Assembly (NCBI RefSeq): GCF_001194135.2
Contig: NC_069005.1
Span: 9,388,152 to 9,446,814, forward strand
Direction: 5' to 3'
DNA length: 58,663 bases
Source of the DNA: Octopus bimaculoides
Taxonomy: Eukaryota
Shown here: positions 1-12,549 of the stretch, one piece after another
How positions within the stretch are numbered: position 1 is the stretch's first letter
Layout of the letters: the number at the start of each line of letters is the position of its first letter
The notes under the pieces: model-generated
What the model was told of the DNA's origin: nothing
Database searches by the model: none
Seen by the model: only the letters and a program-made list of their open reading frames with translations
Program-made: the position numbers and the translations under genes

Positions 1-134
1 TATATATATGAAATACACACATTCACATCTACCTATATACATAGAAATGTACTCATGTCTATATATATCCACATACATACACATGCATACATGTATATGT
101 ACATATATGTATACACCTATTTACCCACTCGCAT

Positions 135-179
<45 letters not shown>

Positions 180-312
180 CATTAATACGTATTCACTTAC
201 ATATACTCATTTAACCACATGCATACACACACACACACACACACACACATGCATCTATCTATCTATCCATCTATCTCTATATATATATATACACACACAC
301 GTNNNNNNNNNN

Positions 313-350
<38 letters not shown>

Positions 351-358
351 CTTTATAA

Positions 359-392
<34 letters not shown>

Positions 393-540
393 GTATACCC
401 ACATACAGGCATCTAGTGGAACATAGTTATGTAGAAGATGTCTGATCATCCTAAGTGGTTTTAATCAATACACCTTAGTTGTGAAAACACTGTCAGCTTT
501 TTTCTCTATAGACTCATATTAAATATTATCTCCCTCCCTC

Positions 541-580
<40 letters not shown>

Positions 581-699
581 TCTTTCTCTGCCCTCTCCTC
601 ACACCACCCCTCTGGCTATAGAATATGACTGGGGTATGTAAGAGGTGTGGAAATGACTTGGTGGTGGATCTGTGTATGGTTACAGCATAGTTGTAGTAG

Positions 700-1194
700 A
701 AGTAGTAGTGGTAGTGGTTGTGGTAGTGGTGATTGTCTGATGTTTTGGTAGTCTTTATTATCTAATGATTGAAAAGGTGGTGGTGGTGGTGGTGGTGGTG
801 GTGGTGGTGNNNNNNNNNNNNNNNNNNNNNNNNNNNNNNNNNNNNNNNNNNNNNNNNNNNNNNNNNNNNNNNNNNNNNNNNNNNNNNNNNNNNNNNNNNN
901 NNNNNNNNNNNNNNNNNNNNNNNNNNNNNNNNNNNNNNNNNNNNNNNNNNNNNNNNNNNNNNNNNNNNNNNNNNNNNNNNNNNNNNNNNNNNNNNNNNNN
1001 NNNNNNNNNNNNNNNNNNNNNNNNNNNNNNNNNNNNNNNNNNNNNNNNNNNNNNNNNNNTGGTGGTGGTAGTGGCAGTAGTGGTGGTGGTGGTAGTCATT
1101 GTAGTGATAGTGGTCATGGTGGTGTTAATGGCTGTGGTGGTGGCATTTGTGGTGGTGGTTGTGGTGAGACTGGTTATGGTGGTGGGTTGTGGTG

Positions 1195-1230
<36 letters not shown>

Positions 1231-1300
1231 GCAGTGGTGATAGTGCAGTGTGGTAGAGGTGGTTGGTATTAATGACAATGGTTGACGATGGTATGGCAAT
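700..1300. repeat. (GGT/AGT)n array spanning a gap
   Basis: Direct reading. Confidence 0.95.
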
Positions 1301-1557
1301 GTTTTTATTTCTTTTATTTTGCCAACTTACTGAGATGACGTCATAATGGTTTGATACTTACAATGATGAGGACGATGATGATCGTGTTGGCAGTGACCAT
1401 TGTCCAGAAGATGTGTTGATTGATATCTTGGTGATTGGTGACGCAAAGGTTTTCCTGCTGATGATGGTTGCTCTGTAGAAACTCCCTTGTTGCTTCACGT
1501 CTTTGCCACACCAACATTCTTTGCTGGTATGCCAAAAAAACCATTGTAAACCTTTAA

Positions 1558-2151
1558 CCCTTTGGCATTCAGATTACTCGGTCAAACGTAATGTTTATTT
1601 CTTCACACTGTTTTTAATTAATCATGCATTATCTCAATGCTTTGAGATTTTGATAATTTTGATTGTTTATTTTTAGAATGACATTGTAGGGTAGGTTTGA
1701 TAGGCCAGATCTGGTCAGTTTGAACATAAAACTAGTCAAATATTTGGGCCTGATATGTAGCATTCAGATTTCTCTGTCAAATGTGTACTTATTTATTTAC
1801 ATTGTTCCGAATTAATCATGCATTGCTTAAAGCTTTGAAATTTCAATGTGATTGTAAGGTAAGGTAAAAGAGGCAAGATTTGACTGCTTTGAACATAAAA
1901 CAAGTAGAGTATCTTGGTCAGAAATTTCGGTTTAACCCTTTGGCATTGAGATTACTCTGTCAAATTCAATGCTTATTTACGCATTTTGTTTTGTATTAAT
2001 CCTACATTATCTCCTAGCTTTGAGATTTTGCTTATATGATAGTTTTATTTTCAGAATGACATTGTAGGGTAGGTGTGAGAGGCTGCGTCTTGCCAAATTC
2101 TAGCCATGTAAAATATTTGGGCTGGATTTTGTCACTTTAAATGCTAAGAGG
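1558..2151. mobile_element. piggyBac-type MITE, head-to-tail trimer (units ~1558-1757, 1758-1930, 1936-2151)
   Basis: TTAA-CCCTTTGGCATT at 1554 and 1932; AATGCTAAGAGG-TTAA at 2140-2155; the ~200-bp body is repeated three times. Confidence 0.75.
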
Positions 2152-2374
2152 TTAAAACTTAGCCCCTGATGCATCCATCAAATTTAACAGGTCAGGTCTG
2201 TTATAAGAGTAGACGAAACAGATATCTGTAAGGAGCAAAATGTAACTCCTTGGAAAATATTGTAAATGATGAAAACAAAAATAAAAAAAAACACTTTGAA
2301 TGATTAAGAGAAGTTTGCAGTGAAATTTACCATATATGAGTATATGTGTAAGCATGTATGTTTATATGATTATG

Positions 2375-2413
<39 letters not shown>

Positions 2414-2417
<4 letters not shown>

Positions 2418-2697
2418 TCACTGCCAGAGCAGCGGTCTTGCTTCCATGCTGGTTGCATGTAAAACGCACCATTTGAGCGCAATCGTTTCCAGCTTCGCCT
2501 TACTGGCGCTCGTGCCAGTGGCATGTAAAAAGCACCCACTACACTCTCGGAGTGGTTGGCGTTAGGAAGAGCATCCAGCTGTAGAACCTTTGCCAGATCA
2601 GATTGGAGCCTGGTGCAGCCTTCTGGCTTACCAGTCCTCTGTCAAACTGTCCAACCCATGCCAGCATGGAAAGCGGACATTAAAGGACGATGATGAT
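2414..2697 (+). mobile_element. Family B retroposon with (GAT)n tail
   Basis: 3' end CCATGCCAGCATGGAAAGCGGAC..TAAA..GATGATGAT, shared by more than 10 copies. Confidence 0.85.
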
Positions 2698-3627
2698 ACA
2701 AATCATTTGTCCAGGTCATTCTGCAAAAACCTTCGGAGTTCTTTTATAAGGTTTAGAAAAACTGAAGGACAACTGCCTGTGTTTTCTTTTACCCAAAAGC
2801 AGGAACTTTCCAGTACACACATACACACGCACACACATATACACATGTATTGATATGTATGTGTCTGCGTATTTAGATGTGATTGCAAGACTGTTTGATA
2901 AGGTACTCCTTGTGACAGATTAGATGCCCGTATTAGTAAAACAGTTACTACAAGCCCGTCACATTTTCAGGATATTATTACAACCCCATTACATCTGTTA
3001 GGGACATCTCCACAACATCTTTACATCAATCACCTTACATTGATTTTTTTTTTTTTTTTTCCCAAACATTCTGTTTTGTTGCCAATTCAGTTGATATTTC
3101 TCACCATTTAACACCTGTTTACTTTGCTGGGTTTTGTGTTTTTCACTTCGACAGAAAGAATCTTTTCTGTTTGTCATGTCAAGAACCATTTAGTGATTGC
3201 CTTAATTCATTAAGTGCCGAAACGTCTGAAATTCTGACAAATTGTTGCCGTTAAAGATAAAATTTTCCGATTATTAACCTCATCTTTGGAGATGAAAGAT
3301 TTACTATTTGTATATTTTTTTTATTGTTTTGCTGCAGTATTTATATCTACTCTAAATTATCATCATCATCATCATCATCATCGTCGTCATCATCAGGGGT
3401 TTTATTTTATTTTTGGATGATGTAAATATTGAACCAAATTGGATTCAAACTACTAAGAACCTTTACCGAACTGGTAAAGAAGATTTGCATTATTGTTGAT
3501 AAGCTTTCTTTAATGTGGAATTCCTTATCCTGGAAATCAATGAGAAAATATTCCACGTATCATTGAATTCCAAATTAAGGGAAGATTTATGCAGCACAAT
3601 CCGTCCATAATAGGATGGCAGAGATGA

Positions 3628-3664
<37 letters not shown>

Positions 3665-3669
<5 letters not shown>

Positions 3670-4447
3670 TCATCATCACCATCATTGTTGTCATCATCAC
3701 CATAAACGTCACCGCTCTCATCATCATCATCATCGTCATCATCATCATCATCGTCGTCATCATCATCACCATAAACATCATAGCTCTCAACATCATCATC
3801 ATCATCATTCTGTTTAGCATCACTACCACCACATCATCACTGCTATCCCTACAAACGTACCACCACCACTGTTTACATTGTTGTCATCACTGTCATCAGT
3901 CTTATTGTCATGGCCAATGCCATCATCAACGTTGCCACCATCACCACACCACCAACATTGCTGCCACCATCATCCTCATCATCTCTTCAACACCACCATG
4001 ACACCCACCAAAACTACCACTTGTGCCACCACTACCACTACCACCACCATCATCACTGTGATCTTCATCATCATCAACATCAACATAACCACCATCATCA
4101 CCATCGACATCATCATTATCATCATCACTACTACCACCACTACCATCAATGCTGCCATTACACTCACCAAAACTACCACTTGTGTCACCACTACCAACAC
4201 TATCAGCATTGTCTTCATCTCCATCATCAACATCAGCATAACTACCATCATCACCATCATTATCATCGTCATCAACAGCATCACCACCACCACAATCATT
4301 GCCATCACCACCACTACCACCACCACCACCACCACCACCATTGACTTCGTCATCATCATCATCATTACCAACGTCATCATCATCATCATCATCGCTGCCA
4401 CCATCATCATCGTCATCACCACCACCATCACCATCATCACCACCACC

Positions 4448-4478
<31 letters not shown>
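3665..4478. repeat. Compound (CAT/CAC)n trinucleotide array
   Basis: Direct reading; source of the spurious poly-H/T/I ORFs. Confidence 0.95.
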
Positions 4479-5325
4479 ATAGATTTGCCACCCGAAAAAT
4501 AAAACTTAAAAATGAAAATAAAACCCAACTAAAAATTAAATAAATAAAATAAAATAAAAAAATAAAAGAACACAAAACAACCACAAACAAAACAAAACGA
4601 AACAAAACAGACAAAAACCAGCAGCAAGAAGAAATTTTCTCTAATTACATCTGTTTAATAAATGAATGTCTTGACGAGATAAGATAATTGTTTTGTGTTT
4701 TTAATTGATGAATTGTGTTGGGTAATTTGTGTTCCCAATTTTGGTCTCTTTCTATCACATTTCTGTTCTTGCCGTTAAATTGTTGTTGTTATTGTTTTTA
4801 TCGTCGTTGTCATTTTATTTATCTTTCCGTGTCTTGTTTCGAAAATGCTTCTTTTTTTTTTTGTTTGTTATTTTTTCATTTTGGAAACTGTCTTAAGAAA
4901 TTAAAGCCAGATAACAATGCAGTTCTTGTGTGTGTATATGTGTGTGTGTGTATGCGTGTTTGTCTGCACACACATATATACACATATACACACACGCATA
5001 CGTACATACACACAAATATATCTATAGACACACACATATATACATACAAATATATACGCATACATTTGTGTATATGTATATATTTGTGTATATGTATATA
5101 TAGGCACGTGCATGTGTGTGTGTATATATGTGCATATGTGTGTGCGTGTATGCAAAGATACAGTCAAGCATAATAGTGTTGATAAGAAATTAATTTTGTA
5201 GTCATGTGGATTTGGGCTACGTCTTGAGTGAATTTGTTTCACAGAAACTGCAGGGAATCCTTATATATATATATATATGTGTGTGTATGTATGTATGTGT
5301 ATACACACAGACATACACACACATA

Positions 5326-5712
5326 TTCTTTTATTCTTTTAGTTGTTTCAGTCATTTGTCTGCAGCCATGCTGGAGCACCGCCTTTAGTCGATCAAATCG
5401 ACCCCAGGACTTATTCTATCGGTGCCTTTTGCCGAACTGCTAAGTTATGGGGACGTAAACACACCACCATCAGTTGTCAAGTGGTGTTGGGGGGGGACAA
5501 ACACAGACACACAAAAATTTACACACACACATACATATATACATATACATTTTATATGATGGGCTTCTTTCAGTTTCTGTCTACCAAATCCACTCACAAG
5601 GCTTTGGTCGGCCCGAGGCTATAGTAGAAGACACTTGCCCAAGATGCTATGTAGTGGGACTAAACCCAGAACCATGTGGTTGGTAAGCAAGCTACTTACC
5701 ACACAGCCATGC
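5326..5712 (-). mobile_element. Family A SINE, near full length, with 22-bp internal deletion
   Basis: Colinear with the reverse complement of 57745-58132. Confidence 0.9.
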
Positions 5713-5860
5713 ATGCATGTACACACATGCATATATACACATACATTTACTTACACACACATATATATGCATGTATATGCACATATATATGCACATGCCT
5801 ATATACATATACATTTACCTACAAATGTGTATATACATGTATGTGCACATATTTAATATT

Positions 5861-5986
5861 CTCTAAAAAGAATACTATTGATAGTGACTTCAAAGTTTTG
5901 AATAGCTAAGCCATCATTGACCTGCCCTATGATGGTTTAACTGGATGAAACTTTGAAGTCACTATCAATACTATTCTTGTTAAAGA
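5861..5986. repeat. Interrupted inverted repeat, MITE-like
   Basis: 31-bp outer arms (5868-5898 / 5948-5978, 1 mismatch) and 14-bp inner arms; a half copy lies at ~51506-51550. Confidence 0.85.
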
Positions 5987-6799
5987 ATAAGAAATTTGTA
6001 CTTTTCCACAAGTGTTGAATAATTCTTCAAATTTTGCATAATTGTTTTCATAACATAACCACATACATTAAGATATATATATATAGACACAGACACAGAC
6101 ACAGACAGACACACATATACATGTATATATACATATATATCATATATAGGTATGTATGTATGTATATGCATGTATGTAAGTATGTATATATGTATATGCA
6201 TGTATGTATATATAAATATATATATATATGTGTGTGTCTGTATATATATGTATGTAGATATATATGCATGTATGTATATAAATATGCATGTATGTATATA
6301 TATATGTGTATGTATGTATGTATATACATACATATACACACACACATAAATAATGAAAATGTAGCACAGGAGTTTGACAGAAGAACACATGGAAAAAACA
6401 TGAAAAGGACAGAACAGACAAAGACATGCTCAGCACTTCATCAATTGTCAACTAAATATTATGACGGTTTTGACACTTCCCAGTGATATTATTCAATTTA
6501 GCAGCATCAGCAACACAGGCTGCTACAGAAGTATGAATGAATGAACATAATAAATGAACGACGACAGAAAAAGAAGATTCCTTCTTACTGCATGGCACAT
6601 TGGATCAGCATCTTCTTCTTTACTGCTGGACTGACTGAAAACTTTTGAGTGGGTTTGGTTGACAGAAACTGAAAGAAGCCCATCTGTATGTGTGTGTGTA
6701 AGTCGTCTAAATGTCTATAAGTCGGGAAAAGATGCATTCTTATGTCTGTCAATAGAGTGGGTATATTAAACAGAGTCTAGAGTATTATATATTCATTAC

Positions 6800-6930
6800 G
6801 ACCCATCTTACCAATCGGTTTTGTGCCATATTTTATTCCATATTGGCTACCTCTGATGAGTGAAGGTTTACATAATCAGATTGTTAGCTAAAACTCTGTT
6901 GAATCTCTAGTGCGAAACTAGTTGGTATTA
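6800..6930 (+). mobile_element. Penelope-like terminal-repeat fragment with hammerhead-like motif (6847-6927)
   Basis: TACCT-CTGATGA-G...C-GAAA-CTAG-TT-GGTA: canonical CUGAUGA and GAAA boxes plus a palindromic CTAG loop 3. Stem II is weak and long-looped, and stem I is one base out of register. Confidence 0.4.
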
Positions 6931-7010
6931 TCAGCCATAATAGATATATAATACTGAACACTTCAGATAATTCATATATATACATATATATGTGTGTGTG
7001 TGTGTGTGTA

Positions 7011-7093
7011 AAAGACACTTGTCCAAGGCACCACACAGTGGGACTGAACCCAGAACCAAGTGGTTGGGAAGCAAACATCTTAGCGCACAGCCA
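7011..7093 (-). mobile_element. Family A SINE head fragment
   Basis: GACACTTGTCCAAGG...GGGACTGAACCC...CACAGCCA. Confidence 0.7.
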
Positions 7094-7280
7094 CAGCTAA
7101 CCATATTTTGGAAGAAGCGCTGACTTAAGAAAATAAAACCTCCCAGGGTCAATTTGCTTTACCTTCGAAGAATTGCCTCAGCCTGGCCACAGTTCAATGA
7201 CTAATACAAATAAAAGATAAAAAGATAAAATTTGATGGATTCGTTTTTGCTGATGCAAGAACTGCCCCACTGCCAAGCTT

Positions 7281-8839
7281 GGATCCTGGAATCTACTATC
7301 TTCTTCCAGCATCTCACGATGACCAAAATCTTGTGAGTGATCATAGTTTTACTAAATGCTGACCTCAGCTTTGGAAACGCCTGGTGTGGAATTAACCATT
7401 TCAATGCCAACTTGTCTGAGACCACCTCTACTGTCTCAGAGGTGCTCAGATCCAAATCGCAGCTTTCCATCATAATTTCGTGATGTAAGGACATTTTTTT
7501 TTATTTTTAGTTTTTTTTTGTGGGGGGGGAGTGTCCTTTTTATGTTTTTTTTTTTTTATTATTGTTTCTGAGCATTTAGATGAATACTGAAAAAAACAAA
7601 TAAGGAACTTGATTATTTTGGTAAATTCTTCCAAATCCTTAATTCATCATCATCATCATCATCAACAGCATTATCACAGCATTGCCATCGCCTGCCTTCT
7701 TCCACCCCTACCATCTACACCTGCAGCCTCATACAACTACCATCTTTGCTGCTGCCACCACCGCTATATACAACCACCACTACCGCTGCTACAGTCACCA
7801 CCATCATCATGATCATCATCATCATCACCACCACCATCACCATCATTATCATCACCATCAACACTGCCACAACCACCACCATTATCGTCACCGTCATCAT
7901 CATGATTATAATCATTACGAACATCACAACTATCACCACCACCACCACCATCATCACAACTATTGCCATCATCATCATAACAACCACCACCATCATCATT
8001 TTTGTGCTTCTGCCCCCACTTCCCCCCCTTCCCTGTGTATGAGATGGATGAGACTTAATGAAGCAGATTTTCTATGGCCTGATGCTCTCTTTGCCTGTTG
8101 CCAAACTTTTGGGGGTTTTTCCTAGTAAGGTAATATTTTTCCCTAATCGGTCCTTCCAACTGAACCTGCCAAAACCATTGAACTACAGTGAAGCAAACAA
8201 ACATCTTAGCTGCTCAACTGGAAGACACATGGAAGCAAACTTTCTCTCATCTCATGCTGATGATTCAAAAGAAGGATGAAATAGCGCTGTTTGTGGTTAC
8301 AAAAACCTTAAGGAAATGGAAAAAAAAAAAAACCCAACTTCACTTTATTTTTATTTTGTACTAGCTAAAAAGCCACACCCCATGCAGACTTTTAGGCTCC
8401 TGCTGAGGACTAATTGCTCTTTCAGCCCCAAACTAAAGAGAGCAATAATAATAATAAAGCATTTATTGGTACCCTACCAATATGGTATTACTTTAAATTC
8501 AGTTTAAATGAAAAATTTTGGAGCTCTTTTAAAATTTGAATTTTCAACTGTTAGCTTATAACAAATCCTCAGCCAGACCTGATCCCAATGCTGTATGTTC
8601 AAGAACCAAATGAAGGACAGGTTTTCAATCCTGGGATCATACTGATTCTAAAATGTTATATGTCTATACAGGCGCAGGAGTGGCTGTGTGGATTCTGGAA
8701 TTTACTATCTTCTTCCAGCATTTCAGTGTAACCAAAATCTTGTGAGTGTTTGCAATTTTGCAAAAATACTGACCTCAACTTTGGAAACAACTGGCTTGGA
8801 ATTGACCATTTCAATATCAACTTGTCTGAGACCACCTCT
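7281..8839. repeat. Dispersed ~150-bp direct repeat pair (7281-7429 and 8690-8839), family unknown
   Basis: Shared TACTATCTTCTTCCAGCA, ACCAAAATCTTGTGAGTG, TTGGAAAC and AACTTGTCTGAGACCACCTCT. Confidence 0.85.
7715..8000. repeat. (CAT/CAC)n array
   Basis: Direct reading. Confidence 0.95.
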
Positions 8840-8845
8840 GATTTT

Positions 8846-9002
8846 CATCATCATCATCATCATCATTGTTTAATGTCTGCCTTCCATGCAGGCATGGATT
8901 GGACGGTTTGACAGAAGCTGGTCGGGCAGGGGCCAGCACATCAGGCTTCTGAATCTGTTTTGGCAGGGTTTTTACAGCTGGATGCCCTTCCTAACACCAA
9001 TC
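8846..9002 (-). mobile_element. Family B 3' end, diverged
   Basis: (CAT)n tail then CCATGCAGGCATGG...CAGCTGGATGCCCTTCCTAAC. Confidence 0.75.
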
Positions 9003-9741
9003 GCCGAGCAAATTTTTCCAAACATCGAATAAAAAGTTATCCAGACTGCTTTTAATCATAGATAGATCTGCTGGATTGAAGTTGCCTGGGGTTAAACAAC
9101 ATCTACTCAATCATTCTCTCAACTGCGCCAGAACCCTCTGGATTTCACCTTTCATGAACATTCAAAATATTATTATATACCAAAGGCTTAATTAATCTTA
9201 TCTATTCTTTTGTCTGATGGATCGTTCTAAAGCACATAACGAGGATATTTTGTAATCTTACAATTAAAATTTCTGATGATGTGATGCGTTAAACTTTGTG
9301 TCTACGATACAGCATTGAAATTAGATTAACTCCATACTTATTTGTTCTGAGTAATTATCGTTAATCTAACACACTAATTATCTTCTATTTAACCTGGCAA
9401 TTATTTATTATCCAATACAACAATTAGCTTTTAATTGTTGTCTTTACGAAAAAGGAAAAATTAAAATCATCATCATCATCATCATTGGTGCCACCATCAT
9501 CATATCATCAGTACTTGATATACATATATGTATATATGTATATTTGCGTATGTATATGTGTATAGATGTATATGTATGTGTATATATATATATATATGTA
9601 TAAGCATATTTATAAGTACACATGTATATATGTATAAGTATATATATATATATATCTATGTGTGTGTATATATATATGTGTGTGTTTGTTTGTATGTATG
9701 TATGTATAAGTATATTTATATGTACGCATGTTTATATGTAT

Positions 9742-9797
<56 letters not shown>

Positions 9798-9872
9798 NNN
9801 NNNNNNNNNNNNNNNNNNNNNNNNNNNNNNNNNNNNNNNNNNNNNNNNNNNNNNNNNNNNNNNNNNNNNNNN

Positions 9873-9921
<49 letters not shown>

Positions 9922-10139
9922 CACATACATAACGTATGTATGGGGTACGTATGTGTCTGTATTTTATATGTATTCACATAATAATATTTGAAAATGGTTC
10001 ATATGTACTCTAGTACTGTCCACACAATCTCTTTCTTTCTCTCCCTCCACCTACCCTCACGTACCCACACACACACACATATATGCTATACACCAAACAA
10101 AATGTCCTGTTGTCATCTCTGCCCACCTCATTTCTGCAA

Positions 10140-10506
10140 GAACCATAGTATCGACCTGACTATCAGATGCTATTGAACACCGCTTGTCACAATGCACTTC
10201 CGACTACGTTTCGATTGCTCCATTCTTTTGTATCTTTACCCCCAAATCACTTGACTGTATAATTTCCTTATCACTGTGAAGGTTTTCAGATTGGACTTTT
10301 CCAATCTGTTGAATATCACATGTAAACTTGCACAGGTCCACCTGTTGTCTGTGAGTCTGGAGACATATCCAACCCCATGGAATTTGTGATTTTGGCATTC
10401 TGAAATCACATCATACACTCTGATCCATTCTTGAATCATCTCATTGTGAATCTGTTCTCATAATGCTATTCCAAGAGTCGATCTTTCCAAGGACCTCAGC
10501 ATCTCT
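10140..10506 (-). mobile_element. RTE-clade LINE ORF C-terminal remnant
   Basis: Translates LERSTLGIAL*EQIHNEMIQEWIRVYDVISECQNHKFHGVGYVSRLTDNRWT, matching RTE MERSMLGISL..IRNE.IR..S.V.DVI...KFRWAGHVAR.TDNRWT. Confidence 0.8.
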
Positions 10507-10520
10507 GTAATATATATATA

Positions 10521-10747
10521 CTCTTTTACTCTATTAATTGTTTCAGTCATTTGACTGCGGCCATGCTGGAGCACCGCCTTTAGTCGAGAAAATCGACCCC
10601 AGGAGTTATTCTTTGTAAGCTTAGTACTTATTGTATCAGTCACTTTTTGCCAAACCGCTAAGTTACGGGGACGTAAACACACCAGCATTGGTTGTCAAGC
10701 GATGGTGGGGGGGGGACAAACACAGACACACAAACACACATACATAT
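10521..10747 (-). mobile_element. Family A SINE 3' half, runs into a gap
   Basis: Matches the family A 3' half. Confidence 0.9.
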
Positions 10748-11974
10748 NNNNNNNNNNNNNNNNNNNNNNNNNNNNNNNNNNNNNNNNNNNNNNNNNNNNN
10801 NNNNNNNNNNNNNNNNNNNNNNNNNNNNNNNNNNNNNNNNNNNNNNNNNNNNNNNNNNNNNNNNNNNNNNNNNNNNNNNNNNNNNNNNNNNNNNNNNNNN
10901 NNNNNNNNNNNNNNNNNNNNNNNNNNNNNNNNNNNNNNNNNNNNNNNNNNNNNNNNNNNNNNNNNNNNNNNNNNNNNNNNNNNNNNNNNNNNNNNNNNNN
11001 NNNNNNNNNNNNNNNNNNNNNNNNNNNNNNNNNNNNNNNNNNNNNNNNNNNNNNNNNNNNNNNNNNNNNNNNNNNNNNNNNNNNNNNNNNNNNNNNNNNN
11101 NNNNNNNNNNNNNNNNNNNNNNNNNNNNNNNNNNNNNNNNNNNNNNNNNNNNNNNNNNNNNNNNNNNNNCTGATTTAAGTTTGCATGTTTTCAAAAATAA
11201 TTAAGGATTGAAATTAAACAAAGTTTTTGTATTATATACCTGAAAGGATTACTAAAGTTCCATTGATTTTGTGAGGAGTGGGGGGGGGGGCTTATTTGCA
11301 TAATTATATATTTCCTGATTTAAGTTTGCATGTTTTCAAAAATAATTAAGGATTGAAGTTATTCCAAATTTCATTTGAGAAGATTAACAAAATTCCTTGA
11401 TTATATATCATTAGTCATGTTCACGCTACACCTAGCATGAAACGAATCAATCATATAAATGTCTCCCCAATGCAGTATAGCAAGCAATCCTGCTAATTCT
11501 AATTCTAATTCTTCTACGATTGTTCTTGTCTCAGTGATTAAACCGTGGTCATTCTTGGACAGCATGTAGTGGGATTGAACCCACGATTTCATGATCTTAA
11601 AACTAAATTCTTAACGTCCCAACCCTGCCTGATATACACCCATGTAAATATTCCTACCTACTCATATCATCGTTTAATGTCTGTTTTCCATGCTAGCATG
11701 GGTTGGACGATTTGACTGAGGACTGGCAAGCCTATATATACTTGTCAAATGTGCACTCCTGTGTATATAGATTATTGTAGTTGCTTAGTTCCAGGTTGGG
11801 CTAAATTGAACCCAGGTCTATGAGAAAATGTATTCCAGCCATGACCACCCTGTCTATGTTTTTGGTGTTATGAATTTTACTTATCTTAATATCCATATGG
11901 TTTCTTGCCTGGCTTCCCTAGTTTCCTGTATCTGGCTACCTTTGCAGGGCAACCACCCTCCTCCTTTGGAAGCT

Positions 11975-12090
11975 GAGCCTCGGGACCGTGGTTTGGCCAC
12001 ATCTGCAGGATGAGCACCAGAAGAATCCAATCCAGCCCAGCACACCAAAGAAGGCATGGGCAAATCAAATTGAGGGGAACCTGAAGTTGC
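11975..12090 (+). mobile_element. RTE-like LINE C-terminal remnant
   Basis: WFGHICRM (11989-12012) followed, in a shifted frame, by PKKAWANQIEGNLK. These resemble the RTE motifs LRWFGHV.RM and GRPKK.W...VK.DL. Confidence 0.6.
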
Positions 12091-12549
12091 AGCACAACTA
12101 TAGAAATTATAACCAGCACAGGTTTTTTTTATGGGGTTTCATATCTGAGACATCAGATGTAAACAAACAATGAGATTGAAGATGGGAAGATATGAGAATT
12201 ATGGAGATGAAAATTTGTTTGTTTCCATCTGACATCTTGGATATGAAATGCTGTAATGAAAATCAGTGCTGGTTAAAATCTCTACAGAACATTTGTAGAG
12301 AAATCCTTAACAAGCTTCTGTAACATTGCCTTTTTTTTTTTTACTTTGATAATAGTACTGGCCCTACACAAACCAACTTTTACCTCTGGGAGAAGGTGTT
12401 AAATATTACACCTCTATTCTTTGTGAAGCCCTTCCAGAAACTTGTGCTCTACTGGCATTGCTCTCAAAGTGATTGAAGCATGCAAGCCACAACATCACAA
12501 GAAGGGTTATACCTTCTTGTACCTTCTTGTGGTGGATTATTTATTTTAA

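Noticed and set aside
1385-1410. GSDHCP resembling the AP-endonuclease C-terminal motif
   Set aside because: An isolated 6-aa match next to microsatellite with no other APE motifs.
3185-3240. GCCGAAACGTC with an upstream hairpin, hammerhead-like
   Set aside because: The CUGANGA box has three mismatches and stem I is unconvincing.
9265-9325. CTGATGA...GCATTGAAATTAG, hammerhead-like
   Set aside because: Core spacing is wrong, there is no U16.1, and there is no stem I.
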